Below are positions 27,342 through 35,867 of a DNA stretch of 64,000 bases, in pieces. The notes beneath the pieces were generated by a model, which did not search any database, was not told the origin of the DNA, and saw nothing but the letters and a program-made list of their open reading frames with translations. A program made the translations under genes and the position numbers. Positions within the stretch are counted from its first letter, which is position 1; every line of letters starts with the position of its first letter. The DNA is taken from contig OZ242027.1 of assembly GCA_965204865.1 (NCBI GenBank), positions 3,011,986-3,075,985 on the forward strand, read 5' to 3'. This DNA is from Dehalococcoidia bacterium. Lineage in GTDB: Bacteria > Chloroflexota > Dehalococcoidia > Lucifugimonadales > UBA3495.

Positions 27342-28799
27342 CTACCGTCGCAGCGCCGCCCGCAGCGAGTACGACTGCGGCGAAATCGCCAGCCCGAACA
27401 CCTCGTCCTCCGGCAGCGGGTTGCCGTCCGGCCTCTCGAAGCGCAGCTTGTGCAGCATCCGGGTGATGTGCAGCCAGACCGTGGTTTCGGCGAAGCGGCG
27501 GCCGGGGCAGCGGCGGTGGCCGGTGCCGAAGGGGATGTAGGCCGGGCTGGTCAGCACGGGCGACATCGAGCCGTCAGGTTGGGGCAGGAATCGCTCCGGG
27601 ATGAACTCGTCGGGCGCGTCCCAGTAACGCGGGTTGTGGTGGATGGAGTAGATGTTGCCCAGGACCTGGGTTCTCGCCGGTATCCGGTAGCCGCCGATTT
27701 CCGTGTCCTCTGAGGCCATGTGCGGCAGGCCCAACGGGCCGATGGTGCGGTAGCGCATGGACTCGGCCAGGCAGGCGAAGGTGTAAGGCAAGCGCGTCCG
27801 GTCGTCCACTGTGGGCAGGGCGTCGTGGCCGATGACGCTATCCAGTTCCTCGTGGACTCTGGCCTGAATCTCCGGGCGGTTGGCCAGCAGCAACAGGAAC
27901 CAGTTGACCGTCTGCGCCGAAGTGTCGGTGCCGGCGATGAGCAAGTCCATGCATAGGTCGCAGGTCATGTCGTTGGTGATTTCGCCTGATTCCTCTCTGG
28001 ACAGCATCACCTCCACCAGGCAGGTGGGCGCCGAAAGGTCGAGACCGGGGCGGTTGCGGGCGGCTTCCACCAGGTCGCGGATGAGGGCTCCGCCGATTTC
28101 CGCCTGCCGAACGGCTTCCTTCAAGGCATTGCTGGGCAGGAGACGCAGCCAGGGGATGTAGTCAGCCAGGTTGGTGGCGGTGGCGCTGGCGAAAATGAAG
28201 TTGATATAGTCCAGCAGCGTATCCCGTTGTTGCAGGAACTCCGCGGTGTCGTCATCTTCCCGCCCGAAGACGGAGCGGAACATCAGCAGGGAGTTGCTGC
28301 GGGCCGTCATCACCATGGGCAGAACCGGCTCGCCGGCGTCGCCGTGCCGGGCCATTTGCTCCACTAGGCTGTTCACCACCCGCTCGATGTGCTGCTCGCG
28401 GACGTTATCAATGTTGCGGGCGCTCAACAGTTCCCGGTTGGCGAAGCGCTGCATCTGCCGCCAGTGGTCGCCGTAAGGGGCCATCACCAGGTCTTTCTGC
28501 CCGCTGAGGGCGTTCATAATTTCGCTGACCCAGCGATCGGCCAGTTCGGTCTTGCCGAAGGCGTCCTGCAACATTTCCGCGTTGCTGATTATCACTGTCG
28601 GCACGCTGCCGAAGCGCATCAGGCAGATGTCGCCGTAGCGCCGGGCCAGCCGGTCGATGGCGAGGTGAGTGTCGTGGCGTATCTCCAGCAGTGAGCCGAA
28701 CACAGGCATGCCGCGCGGACCCGGAGGCAGATTTTTGGGTAGAGTGGTAGTTACGGCGCTCATCTGTGCCACCTCTTCACGAAACACGGGGTGATTCAA
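27342..28799 (-). CDS. cytochrome P450
   Basis: Heme loop FGTGHRRCPGRRFAE and ExxR (ESMRYR). TTG start at 28799, or ATG at 28763. Confidence 0.85.
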   Translation of the reverse strand: MNHPVFREEVAQMSAVTTTLPKNLPPGPRGMPVFGSLLEIRHDTHLAIDRLARRYGDICLMRFGSVPTVIISNAEMLQDAFGKTELADRWVSEIMNALSGQKDLVMAPYGDHWRQMQRFANRELLSARNIDNVREQHIERVVNSLVEQMARHGDAGEPVLPMVMTARSNSLLMFRSVFGREDDDTAEFLQQRDTLLDYINFIFASATATNLADYIPWLRLLPSNALKEAVRQAEIGGALIRDLVEAARNRPGLDLSAPTCLVEVMLSREESGEITNDMTCDLCMDLLIAGTDTSAQTVNWFLLLLANRPEIQARVHEELDSVIGHDALPTVDDRTRLPYTFACLAESMRYRTIGPLGLPHMASEDTEIGGYRIPARTQVLGNIYSIHHNPRYWDAPDEFIPERFLPQPDGSMSPVLTSPAYIPFGTGHRRCPGRRFAETTVWLHITRMLHKLRFERPDGNPLPEDEVFGLAISPQSYSLRAALRR

Positions 28800-28803
28800 T
28801 AGG

Positions 28804-28839
28804 AAAACCCCCTCCTCTCCACTTTAACAAAGGAGGGGG
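28804..28839 (-). terminator. putative intrinsic terminator downstream of the GMC oxidoreductase gene
   Basis: Minus-sense CCCCCTCCT-N14-AGGAGGGGG followed by TTTT. Confidence 0.45.
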
Positions 28840-28918
28840 CCATGCAACAGGGGCAATTTCGTAATGCGGCCACCGTCGCACCATAATCCGGCGCAATAGT
28901 GAGCGAGAACTGCGACTT

Positions 28919-30463
28919 CTACCCGCCCTTGATGATGTCCGACATCCGCTCGGCAATCATTATGGTGGTGCAGTTGGTGTTGGCGCGGATGCAGTCGGGC
29001 ATTACCGAGGCGTCAATGACACGCAGGTTTTCCAAGCCCTTGACCCGGCACTGTTGGTCAACGACGGCCATGGGGTCGCTGTCCGGCCCCATCTTGCAGG
29101 TGCCGGAGATGTGCTGCGAAGTGGTGACGTTGCGCATCAGCCAGTTGTCCAGCGCCTCGTCCGACTCCAGGTCGGAAGGCAGTGGCTCGAGCAGCCCCTT
29201 CACGATGTCGGCGTAGTCGGGGTGGTCGAGGAAGCCCACGCAGAGCCGCACGGCCTCGCGCATCCGGGCTAGGTCGCGGGGGTCGTCGGCGAAGTAGTTG
29301 TAGTTCAGCTCCGGCTGCACGTTGGGATCAGTAGACGTGATGGTCAGGTGGCCCTTGCCGTAGGCCAGCTCCAGGATGCAGGTGAAGCGGATGCCCTCGG
29401 CCTCCAGCGGGTCGCCGGAGATGGGCGACGAGAAGGACGACGCCATAATCTGGATGTCGTTGCGCAACTCGGAGCCAGTGGCGGTGTAGCGCAGCGCCAC
29501 CTGGGTGCGCGGGTCCTGCGGGTTCAGAGGGAAGTCCTCCTTAACCTCGATGGGCACGCGGATGTTGGGATGGTCGCGCAGGTTCTGGCCGATGCCGGGG
29601 GTGTCCTGCACCACCGGGATGCCGAACTTTTCCAGCGTGGCCGCCGGGCCGACCCCGGACAGCATCAGTATTTGCGGCGAGGCGATGGCCCCGGAGCAGA
29701 GGATGATTTCCTCGCCCTCGACGGTGAACCGCTCGCCGCCGCTCTCCACCTCGGCCCCAATGGCCTTTTTGCCGTCGAACAGCACGCGGTGAACGGTGAC
29801 GTTGGCCTTGACCGTCAGGTTCAGGCGGTGGCGGGCGGCGCCAAGGAAGGTCAGGGAGGTGCTCATCCGCACGCCGTTGGGGTTGTTCATCGGGATGGGG
29901 CCGACTCCGCCCGATTCAGGGTGATTCATGTCCGGGTCATCGGGGAATCCTGCGGTGCGGGCGGCGTTGTAGAACGCCTGCTGCGCCGGCAGCCAAGTCT
30001 CCCGCGCGAAGCGGCGCACCGGGATGAAGCCGTCGGAGTTATGAAAGTCGTCGGCCCCGAAGTCCATGTCGCTTTCCAGCTTGCGCAGGTAGGGCAGGAC
30101 GCTGGTGAAGCCCCACTGGTCGTTGCCCAGGGCGGCCCAGGCGTCGTAATCCTCGGGCACGCCGCGCAACAGCACCTGGCCGTTGATGGCGCTGGAGCCA
30201 CCCACCACCCGGCCCCGCGGCACCGGCATCGGCTCGGTCTGCAACGGCGTGGTGTTGCCCTGGAAGGACCAGTTGTGTGGCGCGTCAATGGCCGATGCGG
30301 TCTGGTCATAGCCAAACTTCAGGTCGTCGGGGTAGGTCTCGAAGTCCGGGTAGTCCGGCCCGGCCTCCAGCAGCAGGACGGACTTGGAGGGATCTTCCGA
30401 CAACCGGCTGGCCATAGTGCAGCCGGCGGAGCCTGCGCCGAGGATGATGTAGTCGTATTTCAT
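28919..30463 (-). CDS. GMC family oxidoreductase (choline dehydrogenase-like)
   Basis: MKYDYIILGAGSAGC FAD motif and GGSSAINGQV. 514 aa. Confidence 0.85.
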   Translation of the reverse strand: MKYDYIILGAGSAGCTMASRLSEDPSKSVLLLEAGPDYPDFETYPDDLKFGYDQTASAIDAPHNWSFQGNTTPLQTEPMPVPRGRVVGGSSAINGQVLLRGVPEDYDAWAALGNDQWGFTSVLPYLRKLESDMDFGADDFHNSDGFIPVRRFARETWLPAQQAFYNAARTAGFPDDPDMNHPESGGVGPIPMNNPNGVRMSTSLTFLGAARHRLNLTVKANVTVHRVLFDGKKAIGAEVESGGERFTVEGEEIILCSGAIASPQILMLSGVGPAATLEKFGIPVVQDTPGIGQNLRDHPNIRVPIEVKEDFPLNPQDPRTQVALRYTATGSELRNDIQIMASSFSSPISGDPLEAEGIRFTCILELAYGKGHLTITSTDPNVQPELNYNYFADDPRDLARMREAVRLCVGFLDHPDYADIVKGLLEPLPSDLESDEALDNWLMRNVTTSQHISGTCKMGPDSDPMAVVDQQCRVKGLENLRVIDASVMPDCIRANTNCTTIMIAERMSDIIKGG

Positions 30464-30525
30464 GCTTGTCTCCTTTTGTTAATGCTCCCTCTCCCTTTGG
30501 GAGAGGGTTGGGGTGAGGGCGTCCC

Positions 30526-31236
30526 CTAACCCTTCAGGTGAGCGTTGAAGAACTCTATCGTCCGGGGCCAGGACGCTTCCGACGCTTCCTGCTGGTGGCG
30601 CAGCCCGGTGTAGTCCATGAAGGCGTGATCGGCCCCCGGATAGGTGTGGAATTCATGCGCCACACCCAATCGGCCTAGCTCGGCGTCCAGCTTGTCCCGG
30701 TCCTCGAGGGACGGGTTCTCGTCTATTTCGCCAAAGTGGAACAGCACCGGGCACTGGATGCCGGAGGCCAGCTCGAAGGGCGTCTGCTCCCCGGCGCCCC
30801 AGGTGACGAAGATGTTGCCACCGTAGTAGGGGGCGCAGGCGCGGATGTGGCGGTTGGTGGCCGCGCCCAGCCAGGCGACCCGCCCGCCCATGCAGAAGCC
30901 AGTGATGCCGATGCGCTCGCCCTGAATGGCCGGATGGGCCCGCAGCCAGTCCACCGTGGCCCCGATGTCCGCCACTATATCCGGGTCGCTCATGTGCTGG
31001 ATGCGGCCGGTGCGATTGTCCAGTTGCTCCTCGGTGAAACGGTGGAACAGGTTGGGCGCGACGGCGGCAAACCCGGCCTCGGCCAGCTTGTCGGCCATGT
31101 CGCGGATGAACTGGTCCACGCCGCCGCCGTGCTGGCTGACGATGACCGCCGGGAACGGGCCGCCCCCGCTGGGCACGCTGGCGTAGACGTGCATATCGAG
31201 TCCGCCCACGGGTATTGTTTCCCAGAATGAAGCCAT
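30526..31236 (-). CDS. dienelactone hydrolase family protein
   Basis: Nucleophile elbow GITGFCMGG and the C-terminal YPGADHAF motif. Confidence 0.8.
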   Translation of the reverse strand: MASFWETIPVGGLDMHVYASVPSGGGPFPAVIVSQHGGGVDQFIRDMADKLAEAGFAAVAPNLFHRFTEEQLDNRTGRIQHMSDPDIVADIGATVDWLRAHPAIQGERIGITGFCMGGRVAWLGAATNRHIRACAPYYGGNIFVTWGAGEQTPFELASGIQCPVLFHFGEIDENPSLEDRDKLDAELGRLGVAHEFHTYPGADHAFMDYTGLRHQQEASEASWPRTIEFFNAHLKG

Positions 31237-31435
31237 CTCTTCCCTCCGTCAGATGGTATAGCTAATCTGGCGCATTATCTCCCAGCTACGAGATTACGCT
31301 GTCTGTGATGATGTGCTATCCGCGCATTTGCGACAGATTATAGCCCAGCAGAGCGTTGTCAACAAAACGCAGCATCTGCCGTTTCACGCTCTCACGTGGT
31401 AGGATACCGCCAACACTCGAATGGAGGTAAGCGGT

Positions 31436-32203
31436 ATGGCCATGGACGTTCAGGTCTATACCCAGCCTGGTTGATTCAGTTGCCGGACTCTGGAAGAGTT
31501 CCTAAAGTCCAACGGCGTTCCTTACGAACATCACGACCTGCTCAGCGAACCCGCCGCGGTGGAGCATCTGCGCAGCCGGGGCATCAAGTCGCTGCCAGTC
31601 ACCATCATTGATGACACCGAGATCATCATCGGCTATTACCCCAAGAAGCTGATACCGGCTCTGAAGCTGGACGTGTCCGTTGACCTGTCGGGCAAGACCG
31701 CGTGGCTGGCCGAGAAGTACGACGCCATAATGAGCGCGGCGGTACGGGCCAACAACCAGTTCAGCCAGGAACAACTCGACGCCATCGTGCCGTGGCGGCC
31801 TTGGAGTCTGCGTGACACGGTGGTTCACATCCTGGCCTTCCCGGAGATCGCCTACCTGTCCCACGAGGTGGGCAGCATGAGCTGGGACGATATGCAAGCC
31901 CAGGACAAGCGGCTGGAGGGCGTCACCACCGCGCCGCAGATTGCCGAGTACGGCCTACAGGTTCGGGACGACATCATCGCCTTCCTGGACAGCGGCAACA
32001 CCGAGGGCTTCGAGCGCGTGGTGCCGGCCCACTACGGCGGCGAGGTCACGGTGCTAGAACTGCTCAACATCGTGCTGAGCCACAGCACCCACCACCTCAA
32101 GCAGGTCTACCACTACATGACCACTGACCTGGGCATGACCCCGGACAACCCGGCCACCGACGCCGACCTGGAAGGCATCCAGACGCCGGACGCGCTGATT
32201 TAG
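31436..32203 (+). CDS. glutaredoxin-like / DinB-like fusion protein, candidate selenoprotein (in-frame TGA at 31472..31474)
   Basis: The frame of ORF 31559..32203 is open back to ATG 31436 (GGAGGT 7 nt upstream) except for one TGA. The N-terminus MAMDVQVYTQPG-[TGA]-FSCRTLEEFLKSNGVPYEHHDL matches the NrdH/Grx CxxC region. The C-terminal HSTHHLKQV is DinB-like. A hairpin lies 17 nt after the TGA. Confidence 0.7.
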
Positions 32204-32254
32204 GCTTAACCGCAGAGAACGCAGAGGGCAAGGAGCATTTGGGGAGGTAAAGCG

Positions 32255-32452
32255 ATGGCAAAAGTCGGCAAGGAGGTTCTGGTAGCGGTTCAGGACGCTT
32301 TGGAACAGTACGAGCAAGAGGTTCAAGATGCCGAGGAATCCGGCTTTTTAACGGAGCAGACCAAGAAAACTTACCTGCTCCACGCCAAGCACTTCGTCCG
32401 CTGGCTCGACGACGACTTCGAACCCGGCGGACGGGGAAAAAACAACAGATAA
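32255..32452 (+). CDS. small hypothetical protein
   Basis: 65-aa lower-GC ORF bracketed by inverted CRCAGAG-type repeats. RBS GGGGAGG lies upstream. Confidence 0.35.
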   Translation: MAKVGKEVLVAVQDALEQYEQEVQDAEESGFLTEQTKKTYLLHAKHFVRWLDDDFEPGGRGKNNR

Positions 32453-32510
32453 TAATCTCCGTGTTCTCTGTGCGCTCTGTGTTGAATCCGTCTCCTGTAA
32501 GGAGGGAAAT

Positions 32511-34058
32511 ATGAAGTATGACTACATCGTGATTGGCGCCGGTTCCGCCGGCTCAATCATCGCCACGCGGCTGACCGAGGACCCCAATGTCTCGGTGCTG
32601 CTGCTGGAGGCTGGGCCGGACTACCCCGACTTCGAGCGGCTGCCCGAAGAGGTCAAGTTCGGCTACTCCACCGAAATAGACATCATGGTCAGCGACCATA
32701 ACTGGCAGTTCATCGGCAAGGCGACGGAGAGCGCCCCGCCGATGATGGTGCCGCGCGGCAAGGTCACCGGCGGCTCCAGCGCCATCAACGGCCAAGTGTT
32801 CCTGCGCGGCGTGCCCGAGGACTACGATTCCTGGGCGGAGATGGGCAACGACGAGTGGAAGTACACCGACTGCCTGCCCTACTTCCGTAAGCTGGAGACC
32901 GACAGCGACTTCTCCGACGACTTCCACGGCACCGACGGCCCCATCGTGTGCCACCGATTCAAGCCGGAGACTTGGCACCCGGCGCAGACGGCCTTCTACC
33001 AAGCCTGCCGCGAGGCCGGGTTCCCGGACAGCCCAGACCACAACAACCCGGAATCTACCGGCGTCGGCCCCACGCCCTTCAACAACCCCGGCGGCGTACG
33101 CATGAGCACCGCCCTGGGCTATCTGGATCAGACGCGCCATCGTCTCAACCTAACCATCCGAGCCAATTGCCACGTGCAGAAGATTCTGTTCGAGGGCAAC
33201 CGGGCCGTCGGCGCGTGGGTAGAGAGCGGGGGCGAGGTCTTTACCGTCGAGGGCAACGAGATAATCCTCAGCTCCGGCGCCATCGGCTCGCCGCATATCC
33301 TCCTGCTGTCGGGCGTCGGCCCGGCGGCGCACCTGCAAGAGCATGGCATCCCGGTGGTGGCCGACCTGCCCGGCGTGGGCCAGAATATGCGCGATCATCC
33401 CTTGGTCTGGGTGACCTGGCGCACCAGGCCGGAGGTGCCGCTGGACGGCCTGGCTCCCCGGATGCAGGTGACGCTGCGCTACACCGCCGACGGCTCGCCC
33501 CTGCGCAACGACATGAAGATGTCCATGCAGTCCTTCGCCACCGAGCGCATCAATCGGGGCGGCGACCGGATGGAGCCGGTGGGCATCCGCCTGACCAGCG
33601 GCATCCAGCTCGCGGCGGGCGCGGGCGAACTGCGGCTCAACTCTGCCGACCCTTCGCAGCAGCCATTCCTCGACTACCGCTACTTGGAAGACCCCTTCGA
33701 CCTGGAGCGGCTGCGGGAGACGGTGCGCCTCTGCGTCAAGCTGGGCGAGAGCGACGCCTTCAAGGACATCATCCAGGAGCGCATCGAACCCACCGACGAC
33801 GAACTGGCGACGGACGAGGCCTTGGACGAGTACCTGTTCCGCGAGGTGACCACCTCGCAGCACATATCCTGCACCGCCAAGATGGGATCGGCCGACGACC
33901 CCATGGCCGTGGTCAGCCAGTACGGCAAGGTGCACGGGCTGGAGGGCCTGCGGGTGGCCGACGCCTCCATAATGCCCGACTGCATCCGCGCCAACACCAA
34001 CGTGACCACGATGATGATCGGCGAGCGGGTGGCGGAGTTCATCAAGGCGGGGAAGTAG
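32511..34058 (+). CDS. GMC family oxidoreductase (paralog of 28919..30463)
   Basis: MKYDYIVIGAGSAGS FAD motif. Aligns along its full length with the other GMC gene. Confidence 0.85.
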   Translation: MKYDYIVIGAGSAGSIIATRLTEDPNVSVLLLEAGPDYPDFERLPEEVKFGYSTEIDIMVSDHNWQFIGKATESAPPMMVPRGKVTGGSSAINGQVFLRGVPEDYDSWAEMGNDEWKYTDCLPYFRKLETDSDFSDDFHGTDGPIVCHRFKPETWHPAQTAFYQACREAGFPDSPDHNNPESTGVGPTPFNNPGGVRMSTALGYLDQTRHRLNLTIRANCHVQKILFEGNRAVGAWVESGGEVFTVEGNEIILSSGAIGSPHILLLSGVGPAAHLQEHGIPVVADLPGVGQNMRDHPLVWVTWRTRPEVPLDGLAPRMQVTLRYTADGSPLRNDMKMSMQSFATERINRGGDRMEPVGIRLTSGIQLAAGAGELRLNSADPSQQPFLDYRYLEDPFDLERLRETVRLCVKLGESDAFKDIIQERIEPTDDELATDEALDEYLFREVTTSQHISCTAKMGSADDPMAVVSQYGKVHGLEGLRVADASIMPDCIRANTNVTTMMIGERVAEFIKAGK

Positions 34059-34327
34059 GGGGAGGGCTATTGTCTCCCCCATTTTCATAGGTAAACACAC
34101 CGGAAAGGGAGTCGGCAATGTCTCTATTTCTGATTTCGGCTATGGGGTTTCTGTATCACAGGCTGTTGAGGAGGCGTACTTCCCCTCCGCCTTCGTACTG
34201 CCGCCACTACCTGACCCATCAGCCGGTAAAGATGGTGGACTAACAGGTTTCCCAAGAGGCACTGCCAAGCACACTAAGGCCGCGGACCTTTCGCCCCGTG
34301 GCCTTACGTTTTCTGCCTGATCCGCTG

Positions 34328-34879
34328 TCAGGTTCGTGGCGTCATCAGCCAGTCCTGGCTCTTGGCATCCTCGCTCATCCACTGGGAGTAGGATTCCTGG
34401 CGGCCCGCAGGCGGCTCCACGCCGAGGCTGTCGGCGAGGCGGGTCATGAAGTTGAAGTTGCAGGTTATCAGTACGGTGGACAGTATCTGCTCATCGCTGA
34501 GTCCGTGGTTTCGCAGCCGCTGCACGTCGGACTGGGTCATGGCGGCGGGCGTGCGCGTCAGCTTGGCGGCGAAGTCCAACATCGCGCGGGTCTGAGGGTC
34601 GAGTTCGGCTTGGGTGTAGTCGTGCATCATATGGCTGGCCAGTTCCGGGTTGTCCGAATGGTCACGGAGGAACCCCCCGTGAGCCATGGTTCAATAGCGG
34701 CAGTGGTTGGTGGCCGAAACCACAGTGGCAATGGCTTCCTCCTGCACCCTGGTCAGGGCGGATGCGCCGAAGGTGACCGCCATGTTCAGCCGCTGCACAG
34801 CCTCCATCGCCTGGGGCTGAATCGACATTATCTTGATGACTTCCGGCAGATTGACTTCTTCTTCACGAATCCAGGCCAT
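34328..34879 (-). CDS. AhpD-family peroxidase-related protein, candidate selenoprotein (in-frame TGA at 34691..34693)
   Basis: ORFs 34691..34879 and 34328..34687 share one frame. The junction is VSATNHCRY-[TGA]-TMAHGGFL, which is the N-x-C-x-Y-C-x-x-x-H motif with TGA on the second Cys. A hairpin begins 5 nt after the TGA. AGGAG lies 7 nt before ATG 34879. Confidence 0.7.
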
Positions 34880-34954
34880 TGAATTACTCCTGAATTAGAC
34901 CGCGCCATTCCAATTACGCGGCTATACTTCTTCACTACTCCGCCAGACGAAGGT

Positions 34955-35830
34955 CTACGCCCGCCCGAACCAGTCGGGGTGCACCGCCTGCAACCCCAGT
35001 TGCGGCCACGCTGCCGGGGCGCTGCACTTCTCCAGCCGTTCATCGAGGGGCAGCGAGTCGTCCCAGTAGTAAGCGATGATGCGGCGGCCGTTCCAGTGGC
35101 TGGCGTCGTCTGAGGCTATCCAGACCGCCGGCGACTGCATCGCCTCGGGCTGGATTAGCGCATCAGTGGACGCGCCTTCGGGCGGTATCACCATGTTGGT
35201 GGCGGTGGCCCCGCCGGGGGTAAGCACGTTGGCGGTGACGCCGGTGCCTTCAAGGTCCTGGGCCATGATGGCCACCAGCGCTTCGTGCCCCGCCTTGGAC
35301 GGGCCGTAGGGCGCGCCGCCCTTGCGCCACATGGTGTCCATGCTGGTGGTCACGCCGATGATGCGCCCGAATCCCTGCTCGATCATGTGAGGCGCGACGG
35401 CGTGGGACATCAGGAACGGGCCGCTGAGGTTGACGCTGATAACTCGCAGCCAGGCATCGGCGGGCAAGGTCCAGAAGTCGTTCTGGCTTCCGGCGGCCCG
35501 CGCTCCGAACCCTCCGGTGCGGGCGTTAATGCCGGCGTTGTTGACCAGTATATGCAGCCCGCCCATTTCGTTGATGGTGCGCTGCACTGCGCTCTCCACC
35601 GACTCCGGGTCGGTGACGTCGGCTACAATGGGCAGTACTGCGTCATCGCCGCCTATCTCGCGCATATCGTTGGCGGACTGGTCCAGCCAGTCCTCATTGA
35701 CGTCCAGCATCGCCACTCTTGCCCCGGCACGCACCAGACCGGTAGTGATGGAGCGGCCCATGCCGATGGGGCTGGCTGCCCCGGTGACGATGGCGATTCT
35801 GCCTTCCAGCGTGTTGGATTGGGTGGTCAT
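34955..35830 (-). CDS. SDR family oxidoreductase
   Basis: IAIVTGAASPIGMG Rossmann motif, NNAG, and catalytic YxxxK (YGPSK). Confidence 0.85.
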   Translation of the reverse strand: MTTQSNTLEGRIAIVTGAASPIGMGRSITTGLVRAGARVAMLDVNEDWLDQSANDMREIGGDDAVLPIVADVTDPESVESAVQRTINEMGGLHILVNNAGINARTGGFGARAAGSQNDFWTLPADAWLRVISVNLSGPFLMSHAVAPHMIEQGFGRIIGVTTSMDTMWRKGGAPYGPSKAGHEALVAIMAQDLEGTGVTANVLTPGGATATNMVIPPEGASTDALIQPEAMQSPAVWIASDDASHWNGRRIIAYYWDDSLPLDERLEKCSAPAAWPQLGLQAVHPDWFGRA

Positions 35831-35867
35831 TTCATTCCTCGACTAGAAAATGGTCACGGGGCCTCGA

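Noticed and set aside
9566-34693. Alternative genetic code (TGA as Trp or Gly) as an explanation for the three in-frame TGAs.
   Set aside because: TGA terminates several well-supported genes at family-typical lengths (for example NHL 3192..3194 and the Phd-family antitoxin 41976..41978). The three read-through sites all coincide with redox Cys columns, which fits Sec rather than global reassignment.
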